Shown here: piece by piece, positions 28,883-38,616 of the stretch
Layout: every line of letters starts with the position of its first letter
Numbering within the stretch: position 1 is the first letter of the stretch
From: an uncultured Gemmatimonadales bacterium
Lineage (GTDB): Bacteria > Gemmatimonadota > Gemmatimonadetes > Gemmatimonadales > GWC2-71-9
DNA: 64,000 bases
NCBI GenBank assembly: GCA_963771275.1
Contig: CAVYSW010000003.1
Coordinates: 1,728,001 to 1,792,000, forward strand
Reading direction: 5' to 3'
Program-made: the position numbers and the translations under genes
The notes under the pieces: model-generated
Seen by the model: only the letters and a program-made list of their open reading frames with translations
What the model was told of the DNA's origin: nothing
Database searches by the model: none

Positions 28883-29812
28883 CTACCCCTCGACTTGTGG
28901 ACGTTGCTCGGCGCTCTCCCGCGCCAGCCGCGATCCGCCGAGCGGCCGGGTGCCCACCGCCAGCACGAGCCCCCCCAGGATCGCCACTCCACCCAGGATC
29001 GTGCGGAACGTGACCGGCTCGCCCAGCACCGCCGCCCCCAACAGCACCGCCATCAGCGTGCTCCAGAGCGGCATCAGCATCATCCGCGTCACCTGCATGC
29101 GGCGGATCAGCCAGTAGAGCAGCGTGAACGTGAGCGACGAGCCCACCAGCGCGAGGTAGCACAGCGCAAACACGGCGCGCCCGGTCCACGCGAACCCGAG
29201 CGGGTTCCCCTCCAGCGTGATCCCCACCATCAGCATGGGCACGAGCCCCACCACCATCTGCACCGCGGTCATCACCACGGGGTCGATGTGTACGCCCTCG
29301 CGCTTGATCAGCACGTCGGCGTACGCGGTGCCGAGCGCCGCGACCACGACTGCCGCACTGCCCGCCAGCGCCAGGGCGCCCCGCACCGACAGCTCGTGCG
29401 CGAAGATCACCACCACGCCGGCCAGGCCCAGCAGGGCCCCACCCAGCTTCCTCGCGGTGAGCGGCTCGTCCGCCAGCATGCCGTGCGCCAGCAGCATGCC
29501 GAAGATGGGGAACGTGGTGTAGAGGATGGCGGCGAGCCCGGAGGTGATGTGCGACTCGCCCCAGAACACCAGCGAGTAGTTGAGTGCGAACGTGAGGAGC
29601 CCGGTCACGATCATCAGCCGCCAGTCGCGCCACGCCCGGGGCAGCGGCACGCGGCGCACCACGATCCACAGCACCAGCGGGGCCGAGGCCACCACGAAGC
29701 GGATCCCCGCGAAGGTCAGGGGCGGCAGGTCCGCGAGCCCCACCTTGATGAACAGCCAGGTGGAGCCCCAGATGCTGGCGAGCAGCAGCCACACGAGGGC
29801 GGGAAGCGTCAC
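28883..29812 (-). CDS. EamA/DMT-family transporter
   Basis: IWGSTWLFIK, PPLTFAGIRF, ten hydrophobic helices, LGEPVT. Confidence 0.92.
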   Translation of the reverse strand: MTLPALVWLLLASIWGSTWLFIKVGLADLPPLTFAGIRFVVASAPLVLWIVVRRVPLPRAWRDWRLMIVTGLLTFALNYSLVFWGESHITSGLAAILYTTFPIFGMLLAHGMLADEPLTARKLGGALLGLAGVVVIFAHELSVRGALALAGSAAVVVAALGTAYADVLIKREGVHIDPVVMTAVQMVVGLVPMLMVGITLEGNPLGFAWTGRAVFALCYLALVGSSLTFTLLYWLIRRMQVTRMMLMPLWSTLMAVLLGAAVLGEPVTFRTILGGVAILGGLVLAVGTRPLGGSRLARESAEQRPQVEG

Positions 29813-29830
29813 GACGCGGATAATAACAAC

Positions 29831-29892
29831 CGTGCAACGTGCAGCGTACAGCGTGCAGCGTGTGAACGACCGTGTAGCATGTGGCGTGCAGC
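29831..29892. repeat. Degenerate heptamer (CGTGCAG)n
   Basis: cgtgcaacgtgcagcgtacagcgtgcagcgtg...gcgtgcagc. Confidence 0.7.
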
Positions 29893-29907
29893 GGAACTGC
29901 CCTGGAA

Positions 29908-29941
29908 TCGGCTGTCGGCCATCGGCTATCGGCTATCGGCC
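29908..29941 (-). repeat. Heptamer (GCCGATR)n
   Basis: Minus strand reads gccgatagccgatagccgatggccgacagccga across the SET gene stop. Confidence 0.75.
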
Positions 29942-30447
29942 AACCGCTCGGCGTGCCGCCGCACGAACCAGTCGGCCAGGAGCGGGCGGTACTCGCGCTG
30001 GATTTCGGGCGGGAGCAGGAAGAAGTCCCCCACCGTGGTGCCGCGACACCGCGCCGCCCCGCAGTGGCAGGGCCAGGCGGTCCCGCCGGTGATGTTGACG
30101 TTGTAGTCGCAGGTGATCTCCTCGCCGGCACGGATGTCCCGCCGGGCCAGCAGGTAGCAGTGCCCCGGCCGGTAGGCCGCGTAGGCGTTGGGATTGCAGC
30201 TGTGGTTGAGGTGCCGGTCCGGAAAGCCGAACAGGACCACCTTGCCGTCGGGATAGTCGCAGTGATCCGCCCGCTCGCCCAGATCCTCCCGCAGGGGAGC
30301 CTCGGGCGTGATTTCCCGAATCACGTTGATCTCGCGGATGCGCCGGCCGGCGGCGAACGGGCGGAGCGCGAACAGGCCGAGGCCCTCGATCGGGGAAGCC
30401 CGGACCGCGACGTCGCCGAGCGGGACTTCGTCATGCGGGCCGGTCAT
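29926..30447 (-). CDS. SET-domain protein with post-SET Cys cluster
   Basis: SPIEGLGLFA, LNHSCNPN, IRAGEEITCDY, CHCGAARC. Confidence 0.9.
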   Translation of the reverse strand: MTGPHDEVPLGDVAVRASPIEGLGLFALRPFAAGRRIREINVIREITPEAPLREDLGERADHCDYPDGKVVLFGFPDRHLNHSCNPNAYAAYRPGHCYLLARRDIRAGEEITCDYNVNITGGTAWPCHCGAARCRGTTVGDFFLLPPEIQREYRPLLADWFVRRHAERLADSR

Positions 30448-30654
30448 GCTGTAAAGAACGCGGGCCTTCCGGCGAATGCCAGGGGCGGGAACGCCGCGGC
30501 GCACCGTCGCCGGCAGCCAACGCCCGCGCGGATGACCGACGCTCCGTGGGGCTGGTAGCACCCCGCAGCGGCTATTACCCTTCGGCCGGCAGGCCGACCA
30601 AACGCGCGACCGGGAGGTGCGACGACCGGCGTCCCGACGGATCCAACGTCCTCG

Positions 30655-32109
30655 GTGGTGGCCCGGGCGCGCCGCGCCCAGGCACCCTGGGGCGCGCTCG
30701 GCGTCCGGGCGCGGGCCCGCCGCCTGCGCGACGTGCGGCGCGTGCTGGTCCGCCGGATGGACGACATCCTCGCCATGATCCGGGCCGAAACCGCCAAGCC
30801 CCCCGTCGAAGCCCTGCTCCAGGAGTGGCTGGTGGCGCTGGGCCTGGTGCGCTACTGCGAGCGCCGCGCCCCGCGCGTGCTCGGCCGCCGCCGGGTCGGC
30901 ACCGCGCCGCTGCTCACCAAGTACGCCTACAAGCAGTACGAGCCGCTCGGCGTGATCGCGGTGATCTCTCCCTGGAACTATCCGTTCATGCTGCCGGCGC
31001 TCCCCGCCGTGGGCGCGCTCGTCGCCGGCAACGCCGTCGTGCTCAAGCCGTCCGAGATCGCGCCGCGATCGGGCCGTCTGCTGGGCGCGCTGCTGCAGGA
31101 AGCGCTGGCCGAGTTCCCGGACCTGGTGCAGGTCGTCGAAGGGGACGGCGCGGTAGGCGCCGCCCTGGTGCGCGCGGGCGTGGACAAGGTCGCGTTCGTG
31201 GGGGGTGGGCTCACGGGCCGCAAGGTGCTCGCGGCCGCGGCCGAGTCGCTCACCCCGGTGGTGCTCGAGCTGGGCGGCAACGACGTCGCCATCGTGTGCG
31301 ACGACGCCGACGTCGCGCGCGCGGCGGCCGGGATCGTGTGGGGCGCGATGTCGAACGCCGGCCAGTGCTGCATCGGGATCGAGCGGGCGCTGGTGGCTGC
31401 GCCGGTGCACGAGGCGTTCGTCGCGGCGCTCCGCCGGGAGCTGGCCCGCCTGCGCCTCGGCACCGGCGACGACGCCGACATGAGCCGGCTGATCCACGCG
31501 CCGCAGCGCGCGATTCTCGACCGGCTGGTGGACGACGCGGTGGCGCGTGGCGCCCAGGTGGAGCGCTGGCCGGTGCCGCCGGGCCCGGACGGCGACCGGT
31601 TCTACCCGCCGACGCTGCTGGTGGGCGCCACGGCGGCCATGGAGGTCAATCGCTCGGAGGCGTTCGGCCCGCTGCTGTCGGTGATCACGGTGCGGTCGGA
31701 CGACGAGGCGGTGGCGCTCGCCAACGGCGGGCCGTACGGCCTGAGCCCTTCGATCTGGACGCGGAGCCGCGCCCGCGCCCGGCGGCTCGCCGCCCGGCTG
31801 GAGGCGGGCCTGATCACGGTGAACGACCACATGGTGGGTTTCGCCGTGCCGGGCCTGCCGTACGGCGGCGTCAAGGAGAGCGGGTTCGGGCGGCTGATGG
31901 GGGACGAGGGGCTGCTCGAGTTCGTGCGGGTCAAGTCCGTGGCGGGCGCCAGGCTCACGTTCCGGCGCGAGCCGCAGTGGTTCCCCTACCGGCCGCGCGA
32001 CGTGGCGCTGGCGCGGCGCCTGCTCGCGGCGTGGTACGCGCCGGGGCTCGTGGCCAAGCTCCGGGCCCTGCTCGGCCGTCACGTTGCGCGGGACCGGTCT
32101 CCTCCATAA
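30655..32109 (+). CDS. Aldehyde dehydrogenase family protein (5' end uncertain)
   Basis: SPWNYP, LKPSE, LELGGND, NAGQCC, EAFGP, PYGGVKESGFGR; upstream 30530-30650 looks indel-disrupted. Confidence 0.9.
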   Translation: MVARARRAQAPWGALGVRARARRLRDVRRVLVRRMDDILAMIRAETAKPPVEALLQEWLVALGLVRYCERRAPRVLGRRRVGTAPLLTKYAYKQYEPLGVIAVISPWNYPFMLPALPAVGALVAGNAVVLKPSEIAPRSGRLLGALLQEALAEFPDLVQVVEGDGAVGAALVRAGVDKVAFVGGGLTGRKVLAAAAESLTPVVLELGGNDVAIVCDDADVARAAAGIVWGAMSNAGQCCIGIERALVAAPVHEAFVAALRRELARLRLGTGDDADMSRLIHAPQRAILDRLVDDAVARGAQVERWPVPPGPDGDRFYPPTLLVGATAAMEVNRSEAFGPLLSVITVRSDDEAVALANGGPYGLSPSIWTRSRARARRLAARLEAGLITVNDHMVGFAVPGLPYGGVKESGFGRLMGDEGLLEFVRVKSVAGARLTFRREPQWFPYRPRDVALARRLLAAWYAPGLVAKLRALLGRHVARDRSPP

Positions 32110-32181
32110 GCTTGCGCCTCTGTTGCCCCGAGCCCGCCTGCGGCGGGCGATCCCACGCCCATCCCGACGGAGGCGCCCCCG

Positions 32182-33732
32182 GTGCAGCTCTTCGCACGCA
32201 AGCCGGTTGACCAGCTCGAAGCCGAGGCCGAGGCGGGCTCCACCACGGGGCTGCGCCGCGCGCTCGGCAAGTGGGACCTCACCGCGCTCGGCGTGGGTGC
32301 CATCATCGGGGCCGGGATCTTCGCCACCACCGGCTCGGCGATCGCCGGCGGCGGCTCGCACATCGGGGCCGGCCCCGCGATCGTGCTGTCGTTCCTGCTC
32401 ACGGCGGTGGCCTGCGGGTTCGCGGCGCTGTGCTACGCCGAGTTCGCCGCGATGATCCCGATCTCCGGCTCGGCCTACACCTACTCCTACGCGGCCCTGG
32501 GCGAGCTGATCGCGTGGATCATCGGCTGGGACCTGATCATCGAGTACGCCGTGGGGAACGTGGCGGTGGCGATCTCGTGGTCGGGGCACTTCCACGAGCT
32601 GCTGCGCACCATCGGGCTCGAGCTGCCGGCCTGGCTGGTGACCGACTACCGCACGGCGCACCAGGCCGCCGCCCGGCTGGCGGAGGCGGTGGGGAGCGGG
32701 GGCGGTGTCGACGCGGCCACCCAATACCTGGCGACCGCGGCCTCGGGGGCGCCGCACATCTTCGGCGTGCCGATCATCATGAACGTGCCGGCGGTGGCGA
32801 TCGTGGCCCTGATCACCGCGCTGCTGGTCTACGGCATCCGCGAGTCGGCGACGTCGAACACCGCGATGGTGGTGCTCAAGGTCGGCATCATCGTGTTCTT
32901 CATCGTCGTGGGGGCCACGTTCATCAAGCCGGCCAACTACACGGTGCACGGCGGGTTCGCGCCCAACGGCTGGAAGGGCATCTCCTCGGCGGCGGCGATC
33001 ATCTTCTTCGCCTACATCGGGTTTGACGCGGTCTCGACGGCGGCGGAGGAGGCGAAGAATCCCAGGAAGGACATGCCGTTCGGCATCATCGCGAGCCTGA
33101 TCCTCTGCACGGTCCTCTACATTCTCGTCGCACTGGTGATGACGGGCATGACGCCGTGGAACCAGCTCGACACGCCGGAGCCGATGCTCACGGCGCTGGC
33201 CGGCGCGAGCGGCAGCCCGCGGCTGGCGGCGGTTGCCCGGGTCGTGATCGCGATCGGCGCGGTGATCGCGATGACGTCGGTGCTGCTGGTGTTCCAACTC
33301 GGGCAGCCGCGGATCTTCTTCTCGATGGCGCGGGACGGCCTGCTGCCGCCGTGGGCCGCGAAGGTGCACCCGCGGTTCCGCACGCCGTACATCCCGACGA
33401 TCCTCACCGGCGTGTTCGTCGCCGTGTTCGCGGCGTTCGCCAACATCGACGAGGCGGTCGAGCTGACCAACATCGGGACGCTGTTCGCCTTCGTGCTGGT
33501 GGCGGCGGGGGTGCTGGTGCTCCGGGTCAAGGAGCCGGCGCGGGAGCGGCCGTTCCGGGTACCGGGCTCGCCGGTGACCCCGGCGATCGCGATCGTGGCC
33601 TGCTGCTACCTCATGCTCAAGCTCCCGGCGGTGACGTGGTGGCGGTTCTTCATCTGGCTCGCCATCGGCGCCGTGCTGTACTTCTCCTACGGCTACCGGC
33701 ACAGCCGGCTGAAGCGGCAGGCACAGCCATGA
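32182..33732 (+). CDS. APC-family amino acid permease
   Basis: GAIIGAGIF, CYAEFAAMIPISGSAYTY, AYIGFDAVSTAAEE. Confidence 0.95.
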   Translation: MQLFARKPVDQLEAEAEAGSTTGLRRALGKWDLTALGVGAIIGAGIFATTGSAIAGGGSHIGAGPAIVLSFLLTAVACGFAALCYAEFAAMIPISGSAYTYSYAALGELIAWIIGWDLIIEYAVGNVAVAISWSGHFHELLRTIGLELPAWLVTDYRTAHQAAARLAEAVGSGGGVDAATQYLATAASGAPHIFGVPIIMNVPAVAIVALITALLVYGIRESATSNTAMVVLKVGIIVFFIVVGATFIKPANYTVHGGFAPNGWKGISSAAAIIFFAYIGFDAVSTAAEEAKNPRKDMPFGIIASLILCTVLYILVALVMTGMTPWNQLDTPEPMLTALAGASGSPRLAAVARVVIAIGAVIAMTSVLLVFQLGQPRIFFSMARDGLLPPWAAKVHPRFRTPYIPTILTGVFVAVFAAFANIDEAVELTNIGTLFAFVLVAAGVLVLRVKEPARERPFRVPGSPVTPAIAIVACCYLMLKLPAVTWWRFFIWLAIGAVLYFSYGYRHSRLKRQAQP

Positions 33733-35021
33733 AGCTCCACACCAAGATTCTGCTCGGCCTCGTGCTCGGCGCCGTGCTGGGCGTGAGCGCGAACCAGCTG
33801 CTGCCCGGCGCGGCGTGGGTGAAGTGGCTCGCCGACAACGTGCTGGGGCCCGTGGGGCAGGTATTTCTGCGGATGCTGCTCATGACCGTGGTGCCGCTGG
33901 TGTTCGCCTCGATCACGCTCGGCGTCTCCGGCATCGGCGACATCCGCAAGGTCGGGCGGGTCGGCGGAAAGGCGATCGGGTACTTCGTGATCTCGACGGC
34001 CATCTCGGCGACCATCGGGCTCCTGCTGGTGAACGCCGTGCAGCCCGGCGCGGGGATGGACACGGCCGTGCGGGAGCAGCTGTTCGCCACCTACCGGGGC
34101 CAGGCGGAGGGCCTGCAGGCGGGCGGGGCGAGCGCCTTCGGCATCGGCATGTTCGTCAACATGGTGCCGCGCAACCCGGTGCAGGCCGCCGCTAACATGG
34201 ATATGCTGGCGATCATCTTCTTCTCGATCGTCTTCGGCGCGGCGCTGACGCTGATCCCGCGCGAGCGGGCGGAGCCGATGGTGCGGCTGCTGGACGCGCT
34301 GGTCGAGGTGGTGATCAAGATCATCGACTTCGCCATGCGGCTCGCGCCGTACGGTGTGTTCGGGCTGATCTTCGTGGTGACGTCGAAGTTCGGCTGGAGC
34401 CTGCTGGGTCAGCTCGGGATCTACATCCTGGTGGTCGTGGTCGGCCTGCTGATCCACGGGGCGGTCACGATCTCGCTGCTGGTCAAGTTCCTCGGCGGCA
34501 TGAACCCGCTGACCTACTGGAAGCGGATCCGGCCGGCCCTGTTGACCGCGTTCTCCACCAGCTCGAGCAACGCCACGCTCCCCACGGCGATCTCGGTGGC
34601 GGAGAAGGAGCTGGGGGTGCCGCCCAAGATCGCGGGGTTCGTGCTGCCGATCGGCTCCACGATGTGCATGAACGGCACGGCGCTGTACGAGGGCGTCACG
34701 GTGCTGTTCCTGGCCCAGGTCTTCGGGATCGTGCTCACGATCCCGCAGCAGGTGATCGTGATCCTGCTCTCGGTGCTGATGGCGATCGGCGCGGCGGGTG
34801 TGCCGGGCGGGTCGCTGCCACTCTTGATGATCGTGCTGGGCATCGTGGGGATTCCGCCCGAGGCGATCGCGATCATCATCGGCGTGGACCGGCTGCTCGA
34901 CATGTGCCGCACCACGCTCAACGTGGCGGGGGACATCAGCGCCACGGTCTACGTGGCGCGGTCGGAGAGCCTCGCGGAGGCGCGCGCGGCGGCGCGGGGA
35001 ACGCTGGCCGGCCCCACCTGA
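33729..35021 (+). CDS. Dicarboxylate/amino acid:cation symporter (GltP family)
   Basis: AFSTSSSNATLP, AAGVPGG, GVDRLLDMCRT; ATGA overlap. Confidence 0.95.
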   Translation: MKLHTKILLGLVLGAVLGVSANQLLPGAAWVKWLADNVLGPVGQVFLRMLLMTVVPLVFASITLGVSGIGDIRKVGRVGGKAIGYFVISTAISATIGLLLVNAVQPGAGMDTAVREQLFATYRGQAEGLQAGGASAFGIGMFVNMVPRNPVQAAANMDMLAIIFFSIVFGAALTLIPRERAEPMVRLLDALVEVVIKIIDFAMRLAPYGVFGLIFVVTSKFGWSLLGQLGIYILVVVVGLLIHGAVTISLLVKFLGGMNPLTYWKRIRPALLTAFSTSSSNATLPTAISVAEKELGVPPKIAGFVLPIGSTMCMNGTALYEGVTVLFLAQVFGIVLTIPQQVIVILLSVLMAIGAAGVPGGSLPLLMIVLGIVGIPPEAIAIIIGVDRLLDMCRTTLNVAGDISATVYVARSESLAEARAAARGTLAGPT

Positions 35022-35140
35022 GCGCGGCCGCTCACCGGAGCAGCGTTTTTCCGAGCATAACGCTTGCCTTTTTCGGACCTGGTGGTTGTCCCACGGGTAG
35101 CGCATACTGTGTTCGGGCGCTCCTCCGCCGAGAGGGGTCT

Positions 35141-37318
35141 ATGCGCGCGTGCTTCGTGTTGCCCTTCCTGCTCATCGCGACATCCACGGCCGTCGGGCAG
35201 ACGCTGGCGGACGCCGAGCGCCTGGTGGCGCGCGGCGACACGGCCGGCGCCGTCGCGGCGTTCGAGGCGCTGATCGCCAAGAACGAGCGGAACGCGCAAG
35301 CGCACTACCGCGCGGGTCTCCTCCGCCTGGCGCGCGCCCAGGACGACGGCCCGGTCAGCGAAGACCGCCGCAAGGGCGAGGCGCATCTGCGGTACGCCGC
35401 GCGGTTCTCGCCGGACAGCGCGCGGTACTGGCTGGCGCTCGCCGACTTCTTCCGGTCCCAGACCTTGATGACGCTGCGGGTGCAGGTGCCGCAACTGGTC
35501 GGGAACGCGCAGGAAGCGGCCGATCGGGCCGGCAACCCGGTGGAGATTGCGGACGCGGCGTACCGCGGGGCGCGGGTGGAACTGGACCGGTGGGAGCAAT
35601 ACGGGCGACGCTATACGAACGCGTCCGCCGGGACTCACGTGGTGATGCCGCCGATCGTCGCCGAGTGGAAGGACTGGGACACGTTCGCCACGATGCTGAT
35701 CCGCCCGGCGGCGCGCGACATGGGGTCCGGGTACCTCGCGGCCGCGGAGCAGAAGCTGCGCCACGGCCTGGAGACGCGCCCGGCCGACGGCCGGCTGCTC
35801 GGGTTGCTGGTGGTGGTGCTCGGCGAGCAGAACCGCTGGGCGCAGGCCGTGTCGCTGATGCGCCACGCCACGACGCTCGCGCCCGACAGCGGGCGGAACT
35901 GGGCGCTCCTCGGCCTGGCCCTGGCGCGCGGCAACCGCTGGCACGAGTCCCAGGAGGCCTTCCGGACGGCGCTCCAGCGGATGACGCCGGAGGAGCGTGC
36001 GCCGTACCGGGATATCGGCCAGATCATGCGTCGGGCCGACCGGCTCCGCTGGGAGGGGACGCCCTACGCCGCGCGCGAGGCGTTCGATTCGCTGTACTGG
36101 CGGACGGCCCAGCCGCTGGTGTTCACCGAGACGAACGAGCTGCAGGCGGAGTTCTACGCCCGGCTGACCTACGTCGAGCACCGCTGGACGGATCCGTGGC
36201 GGGGCTATCGCGGCTCCCTCACCGACATGGGCGCGGTGTACGTCTCCTACGGCCCGCCGGACGTCTGGGTGGTGCTGGGGGATGATGGCCCCGCGCAGGC
36301 GATCGCCTGGTTGTACCGGGTGCCGAAGTTCCGCTTCGTGTTCACCCAGATGCAGGGCTACGCGCATGCGTACTTCGTCGACGACAGCAAGGAAGCGCTG
36401 CGCGTGGACCGGATCCTGAGCCCGGCGCGGTTCGACAACGTCCCGGTATACCGGGCGATGGACACGATTCCGGTGCAGGCGGCGCAGTTCCGCGGGCCGG
36501 GCGATTCCACCGCGATCGCCGTGTTCGGCGCGGTGCCGTTGCGCCGCATGACGGCCTCGCTGCCGCTCGTGACGGTGCCGCTCGTGTCGGGGGCCTTGCT
36601 GCAGAACCAGCGCGGCGTCGAGCTGCTGCGGGACCGGCGCACCGAGACGGTCCGCATCACGGGTGAAACGCCCGCCGTCCAGCACCGCAGCTGGCGGCTC
36701 ACGATCGGCCCGGGCGAGTACGTGCTGCGGGTGGAGGCCCACGTCCCGGCCCTCGACCGGGCGGCGCGCGGCGTGCGGCCCTTCGCGGTGCGGAGCTTCT
36801 GGGGCTCGTGGCTGATGCTGTCGGACTTGCTGGTCGCGGGGCGGGTCGCGCCGCGGGATTCCACCGCCGCCCGGTGGAGTGACTACCTGATCGAGCCGAA
36901 CGGCGGCTGGTTCACGCCGGGGCAGTCGGTGGGGTTGCTGTGGGAGATCTACAACCTCGTGCCCAACGACGCCGGCCAGGTGTCCTACACGGTGGACCTC
37001 CGGTTCACGATCGAGTCCCTCACGCGGCGCAACATCTTCGCGCAAATCGCGGGCGGGATCGCGGACGCGGTGGGGCTCACGGCCGAGGGGGACAACCGGA
37101 TCGCGCTGCACTACACCCACACGGCGGACGCGACGCCCAGCCGCGTGAACGTCGAATACCTCACGGTGAACCTGAAAGATGCGCCCGAAGGGGTCTACAC
37201 GATCGAGGTGGAAGTGACGGATCTCCGCACCGGCGGGTCGGTCGTCCGGCGCCAGGTGATCCACGTCGACCGGGCCCCGCCGGTGCGCTGCGACCCGTGC
37301 CCGGATCGGGTGCCCTAG
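35141..37318 (+). CDS. Secreted TPR plus GWxTD-domain protein
   Basis: Signal peptide, TPR-like helices, EFYARL...GSLTDMGAVYVSYGPPD, LMLSDLLVA C-terminal beta domain. Confidence 0.75.
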   Translation: MRACFVLPFLLIATSTAVGQTLADAERLVARGDTAGAVAAFEALIAKNERNAQAHYRAGLLRLARAQDDGPVSEDRRKGEAHLRYAARFSPDSARYWLALADFFRSQTLMTLRVQVPQLVGNAQEAADRAGNPVEIADAAYRGARVELDRWEQYGRRYTNASAGTHVVMPPIVAEWKDWDTFATMLIRPAARDMGSGYLAAAEQKLRHGLETRPADGRLLGLLVVVLGEQNRWAQAVSLMRHATTLAPDSGRNWALLGLALARGNRWHESQEAFRTALQRMTPEERAPYRDIGQIMRRADRLRWEGTPYAAREAFDSLYWRTAQPLVFTETNELQAEFYARLTYVEHRWTDPWRGYRGSLTDMGAVYVSYGPPDVWVVLGDDGPAQAIAWLYRVPKFRFVFTQMQGYAHAYFVDDSKEALRVDRILSPARFDNVPVYRAMDTIPVQAAQFRGPGDSTAIAVFGAVPLRRMTASLPLVTVPLVSGALLQNQRGVELLRDRRTETVRITGETPAVQHRSWRLTIGPGEYVLRVEAHVPALDRAARGVRPFAVRSFWGSWLMLSDLLVAGRVAPRDSTAARWSDYLIEPNGGWFTPGQSVGLLWEIYNLVPNDAGQVSYTVDLRFTIESLTRRNIFAQIAGGIADAVGLTAEGDNRIALHYTHTADATPSRVNVEYLTVNLKDAPEGVYTIEVEVTDLRTGGSVVRRQVIHVDRAPPVRCDPCPDRVP

Positions 37319-37366
37319 CGCCCGACCCCTGCGGGCCCACCTGCGCACGGGCCGGCCGGGCGTGCG

Positions 37367-38614
37367 CTACTCGTAGCGCAGCGACTCGATGGGGTCGATC
37401 GCGGCCGCGCGGCGGGCGGGCAGGATGCCGGCCATGAGGCCGATGGCGACGAGGATCGAGACGCAGCCCAGGGCGATGGGCCACGAGAGGACCGGGTTGG
37501 CGATGTACTGCATGGCCTCGTTGCCGTCGGACGGCAGCGCGTTGACGCCGAACACCACCAGCGCCGCCACTCCCAGCCCGAAGCCGCCGCCCAGCAGCGC
37601 GATCAGCAGGGCCTCGAACACGAACTGCGCCACGATGTGGGGCCGGCGGGCTCCGACGGCGCGCTTGATGCCGATCTCGCGCGTCCGCTCCCGTACCACC
37701 ACGTACATGATGTTGGCGACGCCCACGCCGGCCACGATCAGCGTGAACGCGCCGACCAGCCCGAGGAAGATCTGGATGCCGAGGCCGATGGCGTCGGTCT
37801 CCTTCTGATCCGCGATGAAGTCCCACATCGCCAGGGCGCGCTGGTCGGTGGGGTCGAACCGGTACTTGCTGCCCAGCACGCGATACAGCTGCTGCTTGAC
37901 GTAGCCCGCGTCCTCCACCGAGCGCGGCCGGATCAGCAGGTGCTCCACATAGCGGGGGCCGTAGATCGCCTTGAGCGTGGACGCGGGGATGATCGCGCGG
38001 TCCTCGTCGGGGCCGTTGTTGCTGGAATCCTGGAACTTGGGCGCCATCACGCCCACGACGGTGAACGGCAGGCCGTCCACGATCACGGTCCGGCCGACGG
38101 GGTCGGCCGTGCCGAACAGGCGCTCGGCCAGCTTGTTGCCGAGGAACACGACGCGGCGGCGGCGGTCCACGTCCTCGCGGTTGATGAACCGCCCGCCCGC
38201 GGCGGGAAACACGCGCCGCATCTCCGAGAACTCGGGGACCACGCCCTCCATGTAGGTCGTGGTCTTCTGGTCCCCCACCTTGAGGCTCGTGCCCCAGCGG
38301 CCGTAGGACGGGCTCCCCATCTCGATCTCGGGGGTCGAGCGCTCGAGCAGCGCGAGGTCGTCCTCGGTGAGGCGAATGCGCCGGCCGGTGGGCAGGCCCT
38401 CGAACTCGCGGCTGGTGGTGCCGCCGTACACCATGAAGATCCGCTCACCCGCGTTGAGCAACCCGGCGGTGAGCGTTTGCTTCAGGCCCTCGCCGAACGA
38501 CAGCAGCAGCACAATGGCGATGGTGCCCCAGGTCATGGCGAACATCGTGAGCCCGGCCCGCAGCTTCTGGGTCTTGAGGTCGCCGAAGAACTCCTCGAGC
38601 AGGATCTTCCACAT
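37367..38614 (-). CDS. MacB/FtsX-like ABC permease
   Basis: GVGVANIMYVVVRERTREIGIKRAVGA, PARRAAAIDPIESLRYE. Confidence 0.92.
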   Translation of the reverse strand: MWKILLEEFFGDLKTQKLRAGLTMFAMTWGTIAIVLLLSFGEGLKQTLTAGLLNAGERIFMVYGGTTSREFEGLPTGRRIRLTEDDLALLERSTPEIEMGSPSYGRWGTSLKVGDQKTTTYMEGVVPEFSEMRRVFPAAGGRFINREDVDRRRRVVFLGNKLAERLFGTADPVGRTVIVDGLPFTVVGVMAPKFQDSSNNGPDEDRAIIPASTLKAIYGPRYVEHLLIRPRSVEDAGYVKQQLYRVLGSKYRFDPTDQRALAMWDFIADQKETDAIGLGIQIFLGLVGAFTLIVAGVGVANIMYVVVRERTREIGIKRAVGARRPHIVAQFVFEALLIALLGGGFGLGVAALVVFGVNALPSDGNEAMQYIANPVLSWPIALGCVSILVAIGLMAGILPARRAAAIDPIESLRYE

Positions 38615-38616
38615 GG

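Noticed and set aside
29926..33702. 1258-aa minus-strand ORF and other long antisense ORFs (e.g. 14667..17486, 34949..37348, 59099..61393)
   Set aside because: Shadow frames of high-GC genes on the opposite strand; only the last 173 aa of the 1258-aa ORF (SET domain) is a real gene
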